Shown here piece after piece: positions 13,400 through 26,942 of a stretch of 64,000 nucleotides of DNA. The stretch comes from Mobula hypostoma (Eukaryota): positions 56,298,001 to 56,362,000 of the forward strand of contig NC_086097.1 in assembly GCF_963921235.1 (NCBI RefSeq), in the 5' to 3' direction. Under the pieces are notes generated by a model, which was not told where the DNA came from, searched no databases, and was given only the letters and a program-made list of their open reading frames with translations. Both the position numbers and the translations under genes were made by a program. How positions within the stretch are numbered: position 1 is the first letter of the stretch; every line of letters begins with the position of its first letter.

Positions 13400-13900
13400 T
13401 ATATATTTATTGTCTTCTACTGTTGTAGGCCATCCGCTTCAAGGTTTGACATGTTGTGCCTTCGCAGATGCTCTTCTGCACACCAATCTTGTAGCACATG
13501 GTTATTTGAGTTACTGTTGCCTTCCTGTCAGCTTCAACAAATCAGAGGAGGCCATTCTCCTTTGACCTCTCTCATTAACAAGATATTTTCACCCACAGAA
13601 CTGCCACTCACTGAATGTTCACACCATTCTCTGTAAACCCTACAGACTGTTGTACATGAAAATCCCAGATGAGCAGTTTCTGAGATACACATATCACCCC
13701 ATCTGCCAGCAACAATCATCCCATGGTCAAAGTCACTCAGTTCATATTTGTTGCCCATTCTGATGTTTGGTCTAAACAACAATTGAACCTCTTGACCATG
13801 TCTGCATGCTTTTTTTTTGCATTGAGTTGCTGCCATATGATTGGCTGATTTGATATTTGCATGTAGTAAAAGGTGTACCTAATAAAGTGACAACTGAATG
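13400..13900 (-). mobile_element. Tc1-family transposon remnant with N-terminal HTH of the transposase
   Basis: ORF 13534-13836(-) contains MGNKYELSDFDHGMIVAGR...ISETAHLGFSCTTVCRVYREW, a typical Tc1 N-terminus. TIR-like end gtgtacctaataaagtgacaactgaatg near 13900. Confidence 0.7.
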
Positions 13901-13974
13901 CATGTCTATAAGGCCCCTATAAATTTCTGAAATTCCTGGGCCTGGGGAAGATAGAAAGGATGTTTTTTCTCATA

Positions 13975-15209
13975 CACAGAATTTGGATGAAACCCAAATG
14001 TATGAGATCAATAAACTCCAAAACCAAGGCCTCAGTACTTCCTAGTACAACTGGATCCTCAAATTTGTCACATACAGACTCCAGCCAGTTCAGGTTGGCA
14101 ACATCTCCTCCACAATCACCATCAGCACAGGTACACCACAAGGCTGTGTGCTTAGCCCCCTGCACTACTTGCTTTATACTTATGAATGTGAGACTATGCA
14201 CAGATTCAATGCCATATTTAAGTTTGATGACTACACCTTTGGCCGAATCAAAGGTGGTGATGAATTAGCATATACTGTAGGAAGGAGATTAATAGTCTGG
14301 CTGAAAGGTGCCACAACAACGTCTTCTCATTCAATGTCAGCAAAACCAAACAGCTGATTATTGACTACAGGAGGATGTAACCGGAGGTCCATGAGCCAGT
14401 CCTCAGCTGAGTATCAGAGGTAGAGAAGATCAGCAATTTTAAATTCCCCGGTATTATTATTTCAGAGGATCGGTCCTGGATCCAGCACATAAGTGCCATT
14501 ACAAAGAAACCATAGCAGCACCCCGCTTTCTTAGAAGTTTGCGAAAGTTCAGCACATCACCTAAAACTTTTACAAACTTCTATCGATGCATGGTAGAGAG
14601 TATATTCACAGGTTGCATCAATGCCTGGTATGGAAACACCAGTATCCTTAAATGGAAAATCCTACAAAAGGGAATGAATACAGCCCAGCCCAACACAGGT
14701 AAAGACCTCCCTATCACTGAGCACATCTACAAGGAGTGCTGTCTCATGAAAGCAGCATCCATTATCAAGGATCCCCACCATCCAGGCTATGCTCTACTCT
14801 CATTGCTGCCATCAGTAAGGGGATACAGGAGCCTCGGAACCCATATCACCAGGTTCAGGTACAGATATCACCCCTCAACCACAAGGCCTTGAACCAAAGG
14901 AGTTAACTTTACTTTCTCCAACGTTGAGGATTGAACTGATTCTACAACCTATGAACTTGTTTTCAACGGTTCTTCATCTCACGCTCTTGATATTTGATGC
15001 TTATTTATTTAACATTATTATTTTTGTTGTTTTTTTGTATTGCACAATTTGTTATCTTCTGCACAATGGTTATTTGTCTGTCTTCTGTGATGTCTTTCAT
15101 TGGTTCTATTGTGTTTCTTTCTATTTACTGTGAATGCCTACAAGAAAATTAATCTCACAGCAGCATATGGTGACATACATGTACATTGATAATAAATTTA
15201 CTTTGAACT
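13975..15209 (+). mobile_element. Rex1/Babar-type LINE, 3' part
   Basis: [20 protein letters not shown] motifs and FTNFYRCMVESIFTGCINAWYGN...IIKDPHHPGYALLSLLPS. Ends in aataaatttactttgaac; the tail resumes at 18009-18021. Confidence 0.8.
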
Positions 15210-18008
15210 ATAAGACCTTATGATATAGGAGCAGAATTAGGCCATTTAGCCCATCAAGGCTGCTCTGCCATTTCGTTATGGCTGATCCAATTTTCCTTTC
15301 TGCCTCAATCTCCTGCCTTCTCCCTGTATCCCTTCATGCTCTGACCAACCTAGAAACTATCAACCTCTACTTTAAATATACATAAGACTTGGCCTCACAA
15401 CTACCTGTGGCAAAGAATTCCAAATTCACCACCCTCTGGCTAAACAAATTCCGACTCATCTCCATTCTGTAAAGCCACTTCTCTATTCTGAGGCTGTGTC
15501 ATTTGGTCTTAGACTCTCCTAACTTTGGAAACATCCTCTCCACATCCACTCTATCAAGGCCTTTCACCATTCAATAGTTTCAACTAGGTCACCCCTCATT
15601 GTTCTGAATTCTAGTGAATACAGGCCCAGAGCCACAAACACTCTTCATACGACAAGCCATTTAATCCTGAAATCATTTTCGTGAACCCCCCTTGAACCCT
15701 CTCCATTTTCAGCACATCCTTTCCAAGATAAGGGGCCCAAAACTGCTTACAATAGTCCAAGTAAGGCCTCACCAGTGCTTTATAAATTCTCAATGTTAAA
15801 TCCCTGCTTTTGTATTGTAGTCCTTTTGAAACAAATACTAACATCACATTTGCCTTCCTCACCACAGAATCAACCTGCAAATTAACCTTTAAGGAATCCT
15901 GCACAAAGACTCCCAATTCCCTTTGTGCCTCAGCTTTTTGTACTTTCTCTCCATTTTGAAAATAGTCAGCCCTTTAATTTCTTCTACCAAAGTGCATGAC
16001 CATACACTGCCCAACACTGTATTCCATTTGCCACTTCATTGCCCTTCAGGCACTGCTTTATCCCCGCTAGAATCGTTCCTGTAATACTATGGGCTCATAG
16101 CTTGTTAAGCAACCTCATGTGTGACACCTTGTCAAAGGCCCTCTGAAAATCCAAGTACACAACATCAACCAATTCTCCTTTGTCTATCTTGCTTGTTACT
16201 TCTTCAAAGAATTCCAACAGATTGGTCAGGCAAGATTTTCCATTGAGGAAACCATGGAACTACAGCCTATTTCATCATGTGCCTCCAAGTACCCTGAGAC
16301 CTCATCCTTAATAATCGACTCCAACATCTTCCCAACCACTGAGGTCAGACTAACTGGCCTATAGTTCCCTTTCTTCTGCCTCTCTCCCTCCTTGAAGAGT
16401 GGAGTAACATTTGCAATTTTCCAGTCTTCTGGAACCTCACCAGAGTCTAGTGATTCTTGAAAGATCATTACTAATGCCACCACAATCTCTTCAGCCACCT
16501 CTTTTAGAACCCTGGGGTGTACTCCATCTGGTCCAGGTGACTTATCTACATTCAGACCTTTCAGTTTCCCAAGAACCTTCTCCTTAGTAACGGTAACTTC
16601 ACACACCTCATGACCCCTGACACCTGGAACTTTCACCAAACTGTTACGTGTCTTCCACAGTGAAGACTGGTACAAAGTATTTATTCAGTTTGTCCTCCAA
16701 TTCCATTGCTACCTCTCCAGCATTGTTTTACAGTAGTCCAAGATGCACTCTCGCCTCTCTTTTACACTTTATGTATCTGAAGAAACTTCTGGTATCTTCT
16801 TTAATATTATTGGCTAGCTTACTTTCATATTCCATCTTTACCTTCTTAATGACCTTTTTAGTTGTCTTCTATTGGTTTTTAAAAGTTTCCTAATCCTTTA
16901 ACTTCTAACTAATTTTTGCTCGATTATATGCCCTCTCTTTGGCTTTATGTTGGCTTGTACTTCTCTTGTTAGCCACGGTTCTGTCATCTTGCCTTCAGAA
17001 TACTTCTTCCTCTTTGGGATGTATATATCCTGTGCTTTCCGAATTGCTTCCAGAAATTCCAACTATTGCTGCTTTGTGGTCATCCATGCCAGTGTTCTTT
17101 TCCAATCAATTCTGGCCAACTCCTCTCTTATGCCTCTGTAATTCATTCTATTCCACTGTAATACTGATACACTTGACTTTAGCTTCTCGTTCTCAAATTT
17201 CAGGATGAATTTGATCATATTATGATCAACTTCCCCTAAAGGTTCTTTTACCTTAAGCTCTCTGATCAATTCTGGTTCATTACACAACATTCAATCCAGA
17301 ATAGCTGATCTCCTATTGGGCTCAACCACGTGAGGCCATATCAAAGGCATTCGAGAAATTTCTCCTTTTGGAATCCAGCCCCAACCTGATTTTCCCAATC
17401 TATCTGCATATTGAAATCCCCCATGACTATAGAAACAACGCACTTTTGGCATGTGTTGTTTATCTTCCATTGTAATTTCTGGATGACATCCTTACTATTA
17501 TTTAGGGGTTTGTATACAACTCCAATCAGGGTCTTTTTTACTCTTACAGTTCCTGAATCCACAATGATTCAACACTTTCCAGCCCTAGATCACTTCTTTC
17601 TAATTATTTGATTTGATTCTTTCCCCAATAGAAAAATGCCACCTCCTCTGCCTTCCAATAGAGTATGTATCCTTGGACATTAAGCTGCCAGTTATAATCT
17701 TTTTTTCCCACCATGATTCAGTGATGCCTACAGCATCATACTTGCCAATTTGTAACTGTGCTACGAGTTCATCTACTTTATTCCATATACTGCATGCATT
17801 CAAATATAACACCTTCAGGCAGGTATTCACCCTTTCCAATTTTGTCCACCTTTTACATTACAACTCACCTTGTTGACTGCAATTTTGCCCTGTCAACAGC
17901 CTCCCCTCATAACACATTGCCTCTGTTTGTAAACCAGCTACCTCATCTTCAGCACTATCACTCAGGTTCCCATTCCCCTGCCAAATTAGTTGAAACCCTC
18001 CCAAGCAA
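15210..18008 (-). mobile_element. CR1 LINE with APE endonuclease and RT remnants, internally deleted
   Basis: LKVLYLNACSIWNK...ITESW, IVMGDFN, DKSPGPDGVHPRVLKE, NYRPVSLTSVVGK and LVRPYLDYC motifs in minus-strand ORFs. Flanked by ttgaact at 15203-15209 and 18009-18015. Confidence 0.9.
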
Positions 18009-18345
18009 TTGAACTTTGAACTCTGATCCATTTGACCTGTTTTTTTTACATTTCAACAGTATCAATCAAAGCAAAACTAACATGTGCTTCAAAGATAAAA
18101 AAAATGTGCCGATGTTAGAAAATGTTGTAATACTGAGCAGACAGGCAGCATCCATGGAGAAAGCAATGTAGTGGGCACTTCAAACAAAATGTCATTGACC
18201 TGAAATGTTAGCAGCTTTTCATTTCATTGATTTAGTTCTCTTCTTGTACCCACATCTTGCACCTTATGCACAATGCCAGCTATTCAACAGGTGTCCCCTA
18301 AAATGTATTGCGGAGCATTCATTGACATATTTCTCCTTTCCTTTA

Positions 18346-19650
18346 AGGAAAATATAAGAGATATTGTAACAAAGAACAACTAAACAAGAAATAAGGAAAG
18401 GGAAGATAGAGTATGAAAGTCAATTAGCACAAAATATAAAAACAGATAGCAAAAGTTTTTATAAATATATAAAGCGGAAGAGGGTGGCTAAAGTCAACAT
18501 AGGTCCCTTGGAAGATGAGAAGGGGAAATTGATATTGGGTGATAAGGAAATGGCTGAGGCATTGAATGACTATTTTGTGTCGGACTTCACGGTGGAGGAC
18601 ATGTCTAATATGCCAAAGAATGATGTTATGGACAAAATGGGAGGTGAGGACCCCGATAAAATCACTGTCACTAAAGAGATAGTAATGAGCAAACTAGAGG
18701 GCCTGAAGGTAGATAAGTCCCCTGGTCCTAATGGGATGCATCCCAGGGTGCTGAGGGAATTGGCGGAGGTTATAGTAGATGCGTTGGTAATCATTTACCA
18801 AAATTCTCTAGACTCTGGGCAGGTCCTGGCAGATTAGAAGGCAGCAAATGTCACGCCACTTTTTTAAAAAGGATGTAGGCAAAAGACGGGCAACTATAGG
18901 CCAGTTAACTTAACATCTGTAGTTGGGAAAATGCTTGAAGCTGTTATTAAGGAAGACATAACACTAAACTGAGTGGAAAAGCAAATTGCACAGAGGATGG
19001 GGAGAGTCTGCAGAGGGATATAGAGAGGTTAAGTGAGTGGGCCAAGGTCTGGCAGATGGAATACAACATTGGTAAATGCGAGATCATCCACTTTGGAAGG
19101 AATAATAGAAGAGCAGATTATTATTTAAATGGTGAAAGATTGCAGCATGCTGTTGTGCAGAAGGACTTGGGAGTGTTTGTGCATGAATCGCAAAAAGTTG
19201 GCTTGCAGGTACAACAGATTATTAAGAAGGCAAACGGAATGTTGGCCTTCATTGCTAGAGGGATTGAATTCAAGAGCAGGGAGGTCATGCTGCAACTATA
19301 TAGGGTACTGGTGTGGCTGCACCTGCAGTACTGTGTGCAGTACTGGTCTCCATACTTGAGGAAGGATATACTGGCTTTGGAGGCAGTACAGAGGAGGTTC
19401 ACCAGGTTGATTCAAGAGATGAAGGGGTTAACCTATGAGGAGAGATTGAGTCACCTGGGACTATACTCTCTGGAATTCAGAAGAATGAGAGGGGATCTTA
19501 TAGAAACATACAAAATTTTGAAAGGGATAGACAAGACAGAAGTAGGAAAGTTGTTTCCATTGGTAGGTGAGACAAGAACTAAGGTACATTGCCTCAAGAT
19601 TCAGGGGAGAAGATTTAGGACGGAGATGAGGAGAAACTGTTTTTCCCGGA
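18346..19650 (+). mobile_element. CR1 LINE ORF2 fragment with internal deletion near 18960
   Basis: DKSPGPNGMHPRVLREL, NYRPV, then a jump to the post-DD region (WQMEYNIGKCEIIHFG...RRMRGDLIETYKIL). Confidence 0.9.
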
Positions 19651-20830
19651 GACCTACCTTACTTGGTCCTACCAACGTGCAAAACCTCATACCTGTCTGC
19701 ATTAAATTCCATCCATCAGTTTTCAGCCCATTTTTCCAGCTCTTGCAGATCCCTCTGCAAGCCACAATAGCCTTCCTCACTGTCCACTACACCCCCAATC
19801 TTGGTGTCATCCACAAATTTGCTGATCCAATTGACCATGTTATAATATAGATGACAAATAACAAGGAACCCAGCACCAATCACTACAGCACTCCACTAGT
19901 CACAGGCATCCAGTCAGAGAGACAACCATCTACTACCACTCTCTGGCTTCTCCCACAAAGTCAATGTCTAATCCAATTTACTACCTCATCTTGAATGCTG
20001 AGCAACTGAACCTTCTTGACCAACCTCCCCTGCAGGACCTTCTCAAATGCCTTGCTAAAGTCCATGTAGATAACATCCACTGCCTTGCCTTCATCCACTT
20101 TCCTGGTAACTTCCTAGAAAATGTCTGTAAGATTTGTTAGACATGACCTACCACGCAAGAAGCCATGCTTGCTATCCCTAATCAGTCAATGTCCATCCAA
20201 ATGCTTATATATATAGTCTCTTAGAATACCTTCCAATAACTTTCCCACAACTGATGTTAGACACAATGCCTATAATATTCTCATTCATATTTAGAGCATT
20301 TTTTAAACAGCAGAACAACATTAGCTATCCTCCAATCCCCTGGTATGTCACCTGTCACTATCTGCTAGTTGAAGTTGATGAAGTTGATGTCACTTTGCCT
20401 CACTTCTATAGACTCTGAGTCCATCTCCTGAGTAAATACAGATTTAAAAAATATATTTAAAATCACCCCATCTGTTTTGGCTCCACACATGGATTACCAT
20501 TCTGGTCTTCCAGAGGATCAATTTTGTCCCCTGTAGTCCTTTTGCTCTTAACATATCTGTAGAATCCCTTAGAATGTCCCAGACCCTAACAACCGGGAGG
20601 CAACATACCATCAAGAAATCTCATTCTTGTCTCAGAACCTCCTTTCAGCTTCCCTGACTAATGAATCCCGTATCACCACACCACACCTCTTCTCCTCACT
20701 TCTCTTCTGAGTCACAGAGCCAGAGTCCTGACCACTGTGACTTTCCTCTGCTAAGTCATTCCTCTCGACAGTAACTAAAGTGATATACTTGTGTTGTTGA
20801 GGAGGATGGCCTCAGGGGTACTCCGAGGAT
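19651..20830 (-). mobile_element. CR1 LINE fragments in opposite orientation
   Basis: 19770-20420 closely parallels 1905-2700 (RT region). More distal pieces resemble upstream CR1 sequence. Confidence 0.75.
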
Positions 20831-21127
20831 TAAATCCATCCATTTTTGCTAAATAAAACTGAAATAAAATGTAATTTGTAAAACTGTGACTGGCTAAATT
20901 AAGCCAGGGTATCTTAACTTCTAAGTCTCATGCAAATATATCAGGACTAAGTTGTGTCAGAGTCCATAATTTAGTGACAAAATTATGCAAATATCTTGCC
21001 TTTTGAGCCTAACGGTTCAGATAAATTTCCACAAGAGGAAAGTACTAACATCTCAAATTGTGGCAAAGAAGTTTGTAAAAAAATTGCTATAAAGGTGGAT
21101 ATATATATAATACATAATACATATGTG

Positions 21128-21420
21128 TGGGCACATGGCCAAGTGGTTAAGGCATTGGACTAGTGACCTGAAGGTCATGAGTTCGAGCCCCAGACAAGGC
21201 AGCATGTAGTGTCCTTGAGCAACCACACAGTGCTCTGTGACGACACTGGTGCCAAGCTGTATCAGCCCTTGCCCTTCCCTTGGACAACATCGGTGTCGTG
21301 GAGAGGGGAGACTTGCAGCATGGGCAACTACTGGTCTTCCATACAACCTTGCCCAGGCCTGCACCCTAGAGAGTGAAGACTTTCCAGGCACATGGTTTCG
21401 CAAGACTAATGGATGCCTTA
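21128..21420 (+). mobile_element. tRNA-derived SINE
   Basis: Pol III A-box tggccaagtgg and B-box-like gagttcgagcc in a tRNA-like head, followed by ~230 nt of non-tRNA body in an AT-rich site. Confidence 0.7.
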
Positions 21421-22054
21421 ATTAATAATACATAAATAACCAGAAGAAAAACTCAGTCTAGGCCTATCTAGTACCTTCTGTTTGATGAATGCAAATTGAA
21501 TGCAAATTGATTGATCTAAAATTGCGATTTCGAAGATAACCAAGAATTAAATCATTCTGATCAAATTTCTTTAATATACACACAGAATATTCAATTTTAA
21601 TTTCATTTAGATTGAGATAAATCCTAATCTGGTGCTGAAAATGTAAAATCAAAAATCGATTTCCATTAATTTTGTCACATTTCTGTCAATCACTTACCTT
21701 GCCACAACATTGTTAGTTTTCGCTGGAAAGAATAGTTCATTGTCTTTACTGAAAGCTACCCTCTTGTGGTATTTATAGGAAATGATTACTTAAGAGTAGT
21801 TAGTTCATTTTGTACTATTCACATTATTAAAATATGAAATTAATTCAATAACTGAATATCTTAATTAGTGATACAGTTGTTTTGACTAAAAATTATTTTA
21901 TATTCAAGCAATTGTAACTTTTACAATGAGTGCCTAGAAAGAGTTCGAGCTAAATGTATTGTGCTGTCTATATAAATCACTTAATCCATCTAAGCGTTAA
22001 TAAGGAATTTAATGGTTTACAATGCTATATCGTTCTTTAAATTTTACCCATATA

Positions 22055-23907
22055 CAGCGCCCATAAAAGGTATTCACCTCTCTTGGAACTTTTCATGTTT
22101 TATTGTTTTACAACATTGAATCACAATCAATTTAATTTGGCTTTGTTTGACACTGATCAACAGTGTCAAAGTGAAAACAGATCTGTACAAAATGATCTAA
22201 ATTAATTTCAAATATTAAACATAGAATAATTGATTTCATAAGCACTTGCTCCCCCCCCCTTGATATGACCAAATTATCACTGGTGCAAGCAATTTGTTTT
22301 AGAAGTCACATAGTTAAATGGGAATCAACGAGTGCAGTCAAGGTTTCAATTGATTGTAGTAAAAATACACCTGTTATTTGGAGGGTCCAACTGCTGGTGA
22401 GTCAGTATACTGGCAAAAATTACACCATGAAGACAAAAGAACACTCAGCTCTGCGAAAAGGTTATTGAAAAGCACAAGTCAGGAGATGGATACAAGAAAA
22501 TCTCCAAGTCACTGAATATCTCTTGGAGTACAGTTGAATTGATCAAGTAATGAAAAGATGGCACAGCTGTAAATCTGCCTAGAGCAGACTGTCCTCAAAA
22601 ACTGAGTGTCCATCCAAGAAGGGGGCTGGTGAGGTAGGGCACAAAGAGACCTATGACAATTGTGGAGGAGTTACAAGCTTTAGTGGCTGAAATGGGAGAG
22701 ACTGTACATACAACTGTTACCCAAGTGCTTCACCTGTCACAGCTTTATGAGACAGTGACACAGAGAAAACCAATGCTGAAAAAAAACTCACATGAAATCT
22801 CAGCTAGAGTTTGCCAGAAGGCATGTGGGTGACTCCGAGGTCAGCTGGAAGAAGGTTCTATAGTCTGATGAAACCAAAATTGAGCTTTTTGGCCATCAGA
22901 CTAAGCACTATGTTTGACTTGCACATCATCAAAAACACACCATCCCTACTGTGCACACGAGGAAATCTGCAGATGCTGGAAATTCAAGCAACACACACAA
23001 AAAATGCTGGTGAACACAGCAGGCCAGGCAGCATCTATAGGAAGAGGTACAGTCAATGTCTTAGGCCGAGACCCTTCGTCAGGACTAACTGAAAGAAGAG
23101 ATATTAAGAGATTTGAAAGTGGGAGGGGGAGATCCAAAATGATTGGAGAAGACTGTGGGGGGGGGGGAATGGAGTTAAGAGCTGGAAAGTTGATTGGCAA
23201 AAGGGATACGAGGCTGGAGAAGGGAGAGGATCCCTACTGTGAAGCATGGTGGTGGCTGCATCATGCTGTGTAGATGCTTCACTGCAACAGGCCCTGGAAG
23301 GCTTGAGAAGGTAGAGGGTAAAATGAATGTAGCAAAATACAGGGAAATTCTGGAGGAAAACCTGTTGCAGTCTGCCACAGAAGATTTGTTTTCCAGCAAG
23401 ACAATGACCCCAAGCATAAAGCCAAAGCTAGACAGGAATAGCTTAAAAAAACAATCTTAATGTCCTGGAGTGGCTGAGTCAGAGTCCAGACCTCAATCCA
23501 ATTGAGAACTTGTGGCTGGATTTGAAAAGGGCTGTTCACTCATGATCTCCATGCAATCTGACAGAGCTTGAGCAGTTTTGTAAAGAAGAATAGGGAAATA
23601 TTTCAGTGTTCAGATGTGCAAAGCTGATAGAGACCTATCCACACAGACTCAAGGTTGTAATTGCTGCCAAAGGTGCAACTTCTAAATACTCACTTGAAGC
23701 AGCTGAATACTTAATGCAATCAATTATTGAGTTTTATATTTGTAATTAATTTAGATCACTTTGTAGAGATCTGTTTTCACCTTGGTATAAAAGTCTTTTT
23801 CTGTTGATCAGTGTTTTTTTTAAAAAAAAGCCAAATTAAATCCACTGTGATTCCACGTTGTAAAACATGTAAATTTCCAAGAGGGTGAATACTTTTTATA
23901 GGCACTA
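22055..23907 (+). mobile_element. Near full-length Tc1 transposon with ~200-bp inverted repeats and a degenerate transposase
   Basis: TA|cagcgcccataaaaggtattcacc ... ggtgaatactttttataggcacta|TA. Transposase remnants [43 protein letters not shown], with stops and frameshifts. Confidence 0.9.
22954..23229 (-). mobile_element. Penelope-like terminal fragment inserted in the Tc1 transposase
   Basis: Exact 12-bp direct repeat atccctactgtg at 22942-22953 and 23230-23241. Confidence 0.85.
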
Positions 23908-24004
23908 TATAGGAATGTGAAATTATCTTTGTGAGACTGTTTCCAGTCCTCTTCTGTCTACTCCAATATTGCTGGGTAAGGAGCTCCAGGACTTAAAGTC
24001 TTGG

Positions 24005-24490
24005 TATCATAGAACAGTATAGCACAGAAACCGGACCTTTGGCCCATCTAGTCCATGCTGAACCATTTAAACTGCCTACTCCCATTGACCTGTACCCAGA
24101 CCGTAGCCTCCATACCCCTGCCATCAACATACCTATCCATTTGTGACTTAGCTCCCCAGTTCAATGAAAGAATAATATATGGTCTTTTTCTGTTTCAATC
24201 CAGCTATCAGTAAGCAAGGGGACATGATTTTAAGGTGGTTGAAGGAAAGTATATTATCATGATACTTTCATGTCAGACATAATTCCTTTCACAGAGTGGT
24301 GGGGGCGTGGAACACGCTGCCAGTGGTGGTTGTACAGGAAAATACATTGGGGGCATTTAAGAAACTCTTAGATAGTAACATGGAGGGCTATGTAGGAGGG
24401 AAGGGTTAGTCTGATTTTAGAGGTCAAAGGGTCCGCATGAAATCATGGGCTGAAGGGCCTGTACTGTGCTGTAATATTCAATGTTCTTTG
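24005..24490. mobile_element. Two short CR1 3'-end fragments in opposite orientations
   Basis: 24005-24140 resembles 1370-1470 (minus). 24215-24490 carries cacagagtggtgggggcgtggaac...gggctgaagggcctgtactgtgctgta (plus). Confidence 0.6.
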
Positions 24491-24859
24491 ATATAAACCC
24501 AAGACATAGAAATAGGGGTGGGGACAATTATTTGAAAGGTTTGCTGTTGTAAAACAGCCCTTCTCATTTTTGTAACTTTGGAAGTTGCCCACAAGGTAGT
24601 TTTGCAGTTTTTGTAGGAGATCTTGGTTAAAGTACACATTGCAATTACAGTGTGCCAATGACACATATTTGGGTAAAAAAATCACTTTCATATACTGTCA
24701 CCAATTTGAAAGAAATCAGTTATTGAACATACATGGTTCTGTGCTCCTTATAGAATAATTTACTGTATTTAGTATAAAACAGTTTGTATGGTATAATTAG
24801 TTTGAATTGTGGGTTTGTGATATAATAATGAATAGCCCATTTGAAGGAAAAGGGACAAC

Positions 24860-26130
24860 ATATTCAAATTTACTGATGGCACCAGATTAGGCTGCATAAT
24901 AATGTCGCTGGATCAGAAAGTTGCCAGGACACATTGACAGATTATCTGATTGGGCAAAATAGAGAAACATGGATTTAAAAGGCTACATGAGGTCATGTAC
25001 TTTGAACACAAGAATGATTGTCCAAGTTACTTTCTGAATTTAAAAAAGCTTAAAGCTGTGCAAAAGAAGGATAAGACATTCTTGAGAGATCCCATAGATC
25101 AGTGCTGGAACTACCACAGACAGAGATCAGTGTTTGGACTCTAGTTACTCACCCTCCAATGATTTGGATGAGGAAGCAAACCTAAGGTTTCCAGGTTTGT
25201 TATAAAACTGGGCTGGATTGTAAATTGAGGAGACGATGAAATGAAACTTCGAGGCAATATAGACAGATTGAATGAGTGGGCAAAAATGGAACAGTATAAA
25301 GAGGGTAATGACACAGTTCAGCATATCACCAAAACCAGCCTGCGTTTCATGGACTCTGCCTACAGCTCGCTGCCTTGGTAAAGCAGCCAGCATAATGCAA
25401 GACTCCACCCTCCCCAATCACTACCTCCCCCCACCACCCCCACCACCAAAGCAGAAGGCTCAAAAGCGTGAAAAGGTGTGCCAGCAGGCTCAAGGACTGT
25501 TTCTATCCTGCTGTTATAAGACGATTGAACCCTTCCCTAGTATCATAAGTACTCTGACCTCACAATCGATCTCGTTTTGGCCTTGCACCTAATGTCTACC
25601 TGCAATGTACTTTCCCCACAACTGCAACACTTCATTCTGCATTCTGTTGCTGTGTTACCTTGTACTACTTCAATACACTTTTTATACAGATCAGTTCAGT
25701 ACAACAATGTGCAAAGATTCACCAGTCTGACTGTTGAGATTACAGGATTGTCATATGAAGAAAGACTGGTTCCATTAGGCTTTCAATGAAGAACAGAAGT
25801 TTATTAGAATAAGAAGGATTGTGTTGAAACATACAAATTTATAACTTAGTTAGAGGATCTAGATACAAGGAGGAAACAGTCATTCAGTTTCAGGATATGG
25901 AGCAAGACCTTTAGGATCATGTTTAGAAGAAATTTATTTACTCAAAGGAGTTCTCTACCAGAGAAGGCAGTGAAAGCCAAAGTCACTAAATATATACAAA
26001 GTGGTTGATCTCTGAATACAAAAGTATATGGGGAGAGAGTGGGAATATTGCAATGGGATAGAGGAGCAGCCGTGATTGTATCGGATGGCAGAGGATGCTT
26101 GAAGTGCCAAAATAGCCTACTCCTCTTATT
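24860..26130 (+). mobile_element. Old CR1 fragments interrupted by a Rex1-like 3' fragment (about 25310-25690)
   Basis: Degenerate CR1-like (VQRFTSL..GLSYEERL) and Rex1-like (RCLGKAASIMQD) translations. Confidence 0.5.
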
Positions 26131-26942
26131 CTTTCTCTCCTGGATCCATCCACCTACAACCAATTTATTTCACCTACTGGATTCCACCCCCCACCCCACA
26201 TCCATTTCCCTCCCCTATCACCCCTGAGGATTTCTATTATCAACTTCCTTACTCATGGTAGCAGATGTTCTTGCTTATCACCCTATAGCCTCTATCTTCA
26301 CTTCATTCTCCACTCCACTCCAACTGCCATTTCTATCCTCATCTGCTTTCCACCCACCTCTGTCTCCCCAACCTACCCTTCTCACACATCGCTCCATCTG
26401 CCTGTTATCCTTTACCTGTCCTTAATCCATCTACTGGCCCCAACCCTCTCTCCCTCTCTTTGTACTGGCTATCGCCCCTCTCCCCACTTAGTCCTGATGA
26501 GGGCCTTGACCCAAAACACTGACAATTCCTCCCCCCTCCCCGCTCCCACAGATGCTGGTCAACCCACTGCATTTCAAAGGTTCAAAGGTCCAATTTAATG
26601 TCAGAGAAATGTGTACAATAAACATCCTGAAATGCTTTTTCTCCAACAGTTTGAAGCTTTACTTTAGATTACAGCAGTGTCCTTGTCAGCAATGACCAAA
26701 TTTGATAAATTACAGACATGTATGCTGGCCAAGTCACTCATCAAATGACTATACCCTTTTATAATTTGCTCTTGGCTCATATAGCTACTTCAGATTCTAT
26801 TTCACAAGCATCAAAAATTGTGTTTTGTGCTAACCAAAAGATATTGATCACTTGTAATCAATAGTGCCACTTTACTTCCTCATTAGCATAACATTGCAAT
26901 AAAAGAAAACATTCATCAGGTTACCTCATCATATGCTGTGTA

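Noticed and set aside
19056..19850. 264-aa ORF as a host gene
   Set aside because: Chimera of a plus-strand CR1 ORF2 fragment reading into an antisense CR1 after ~19650.
21128..21195. tRNA gene
   Set aside because: It has A/B boxes but continues into a SINE body with no T-run terminator, and no convincing cloverleaf.
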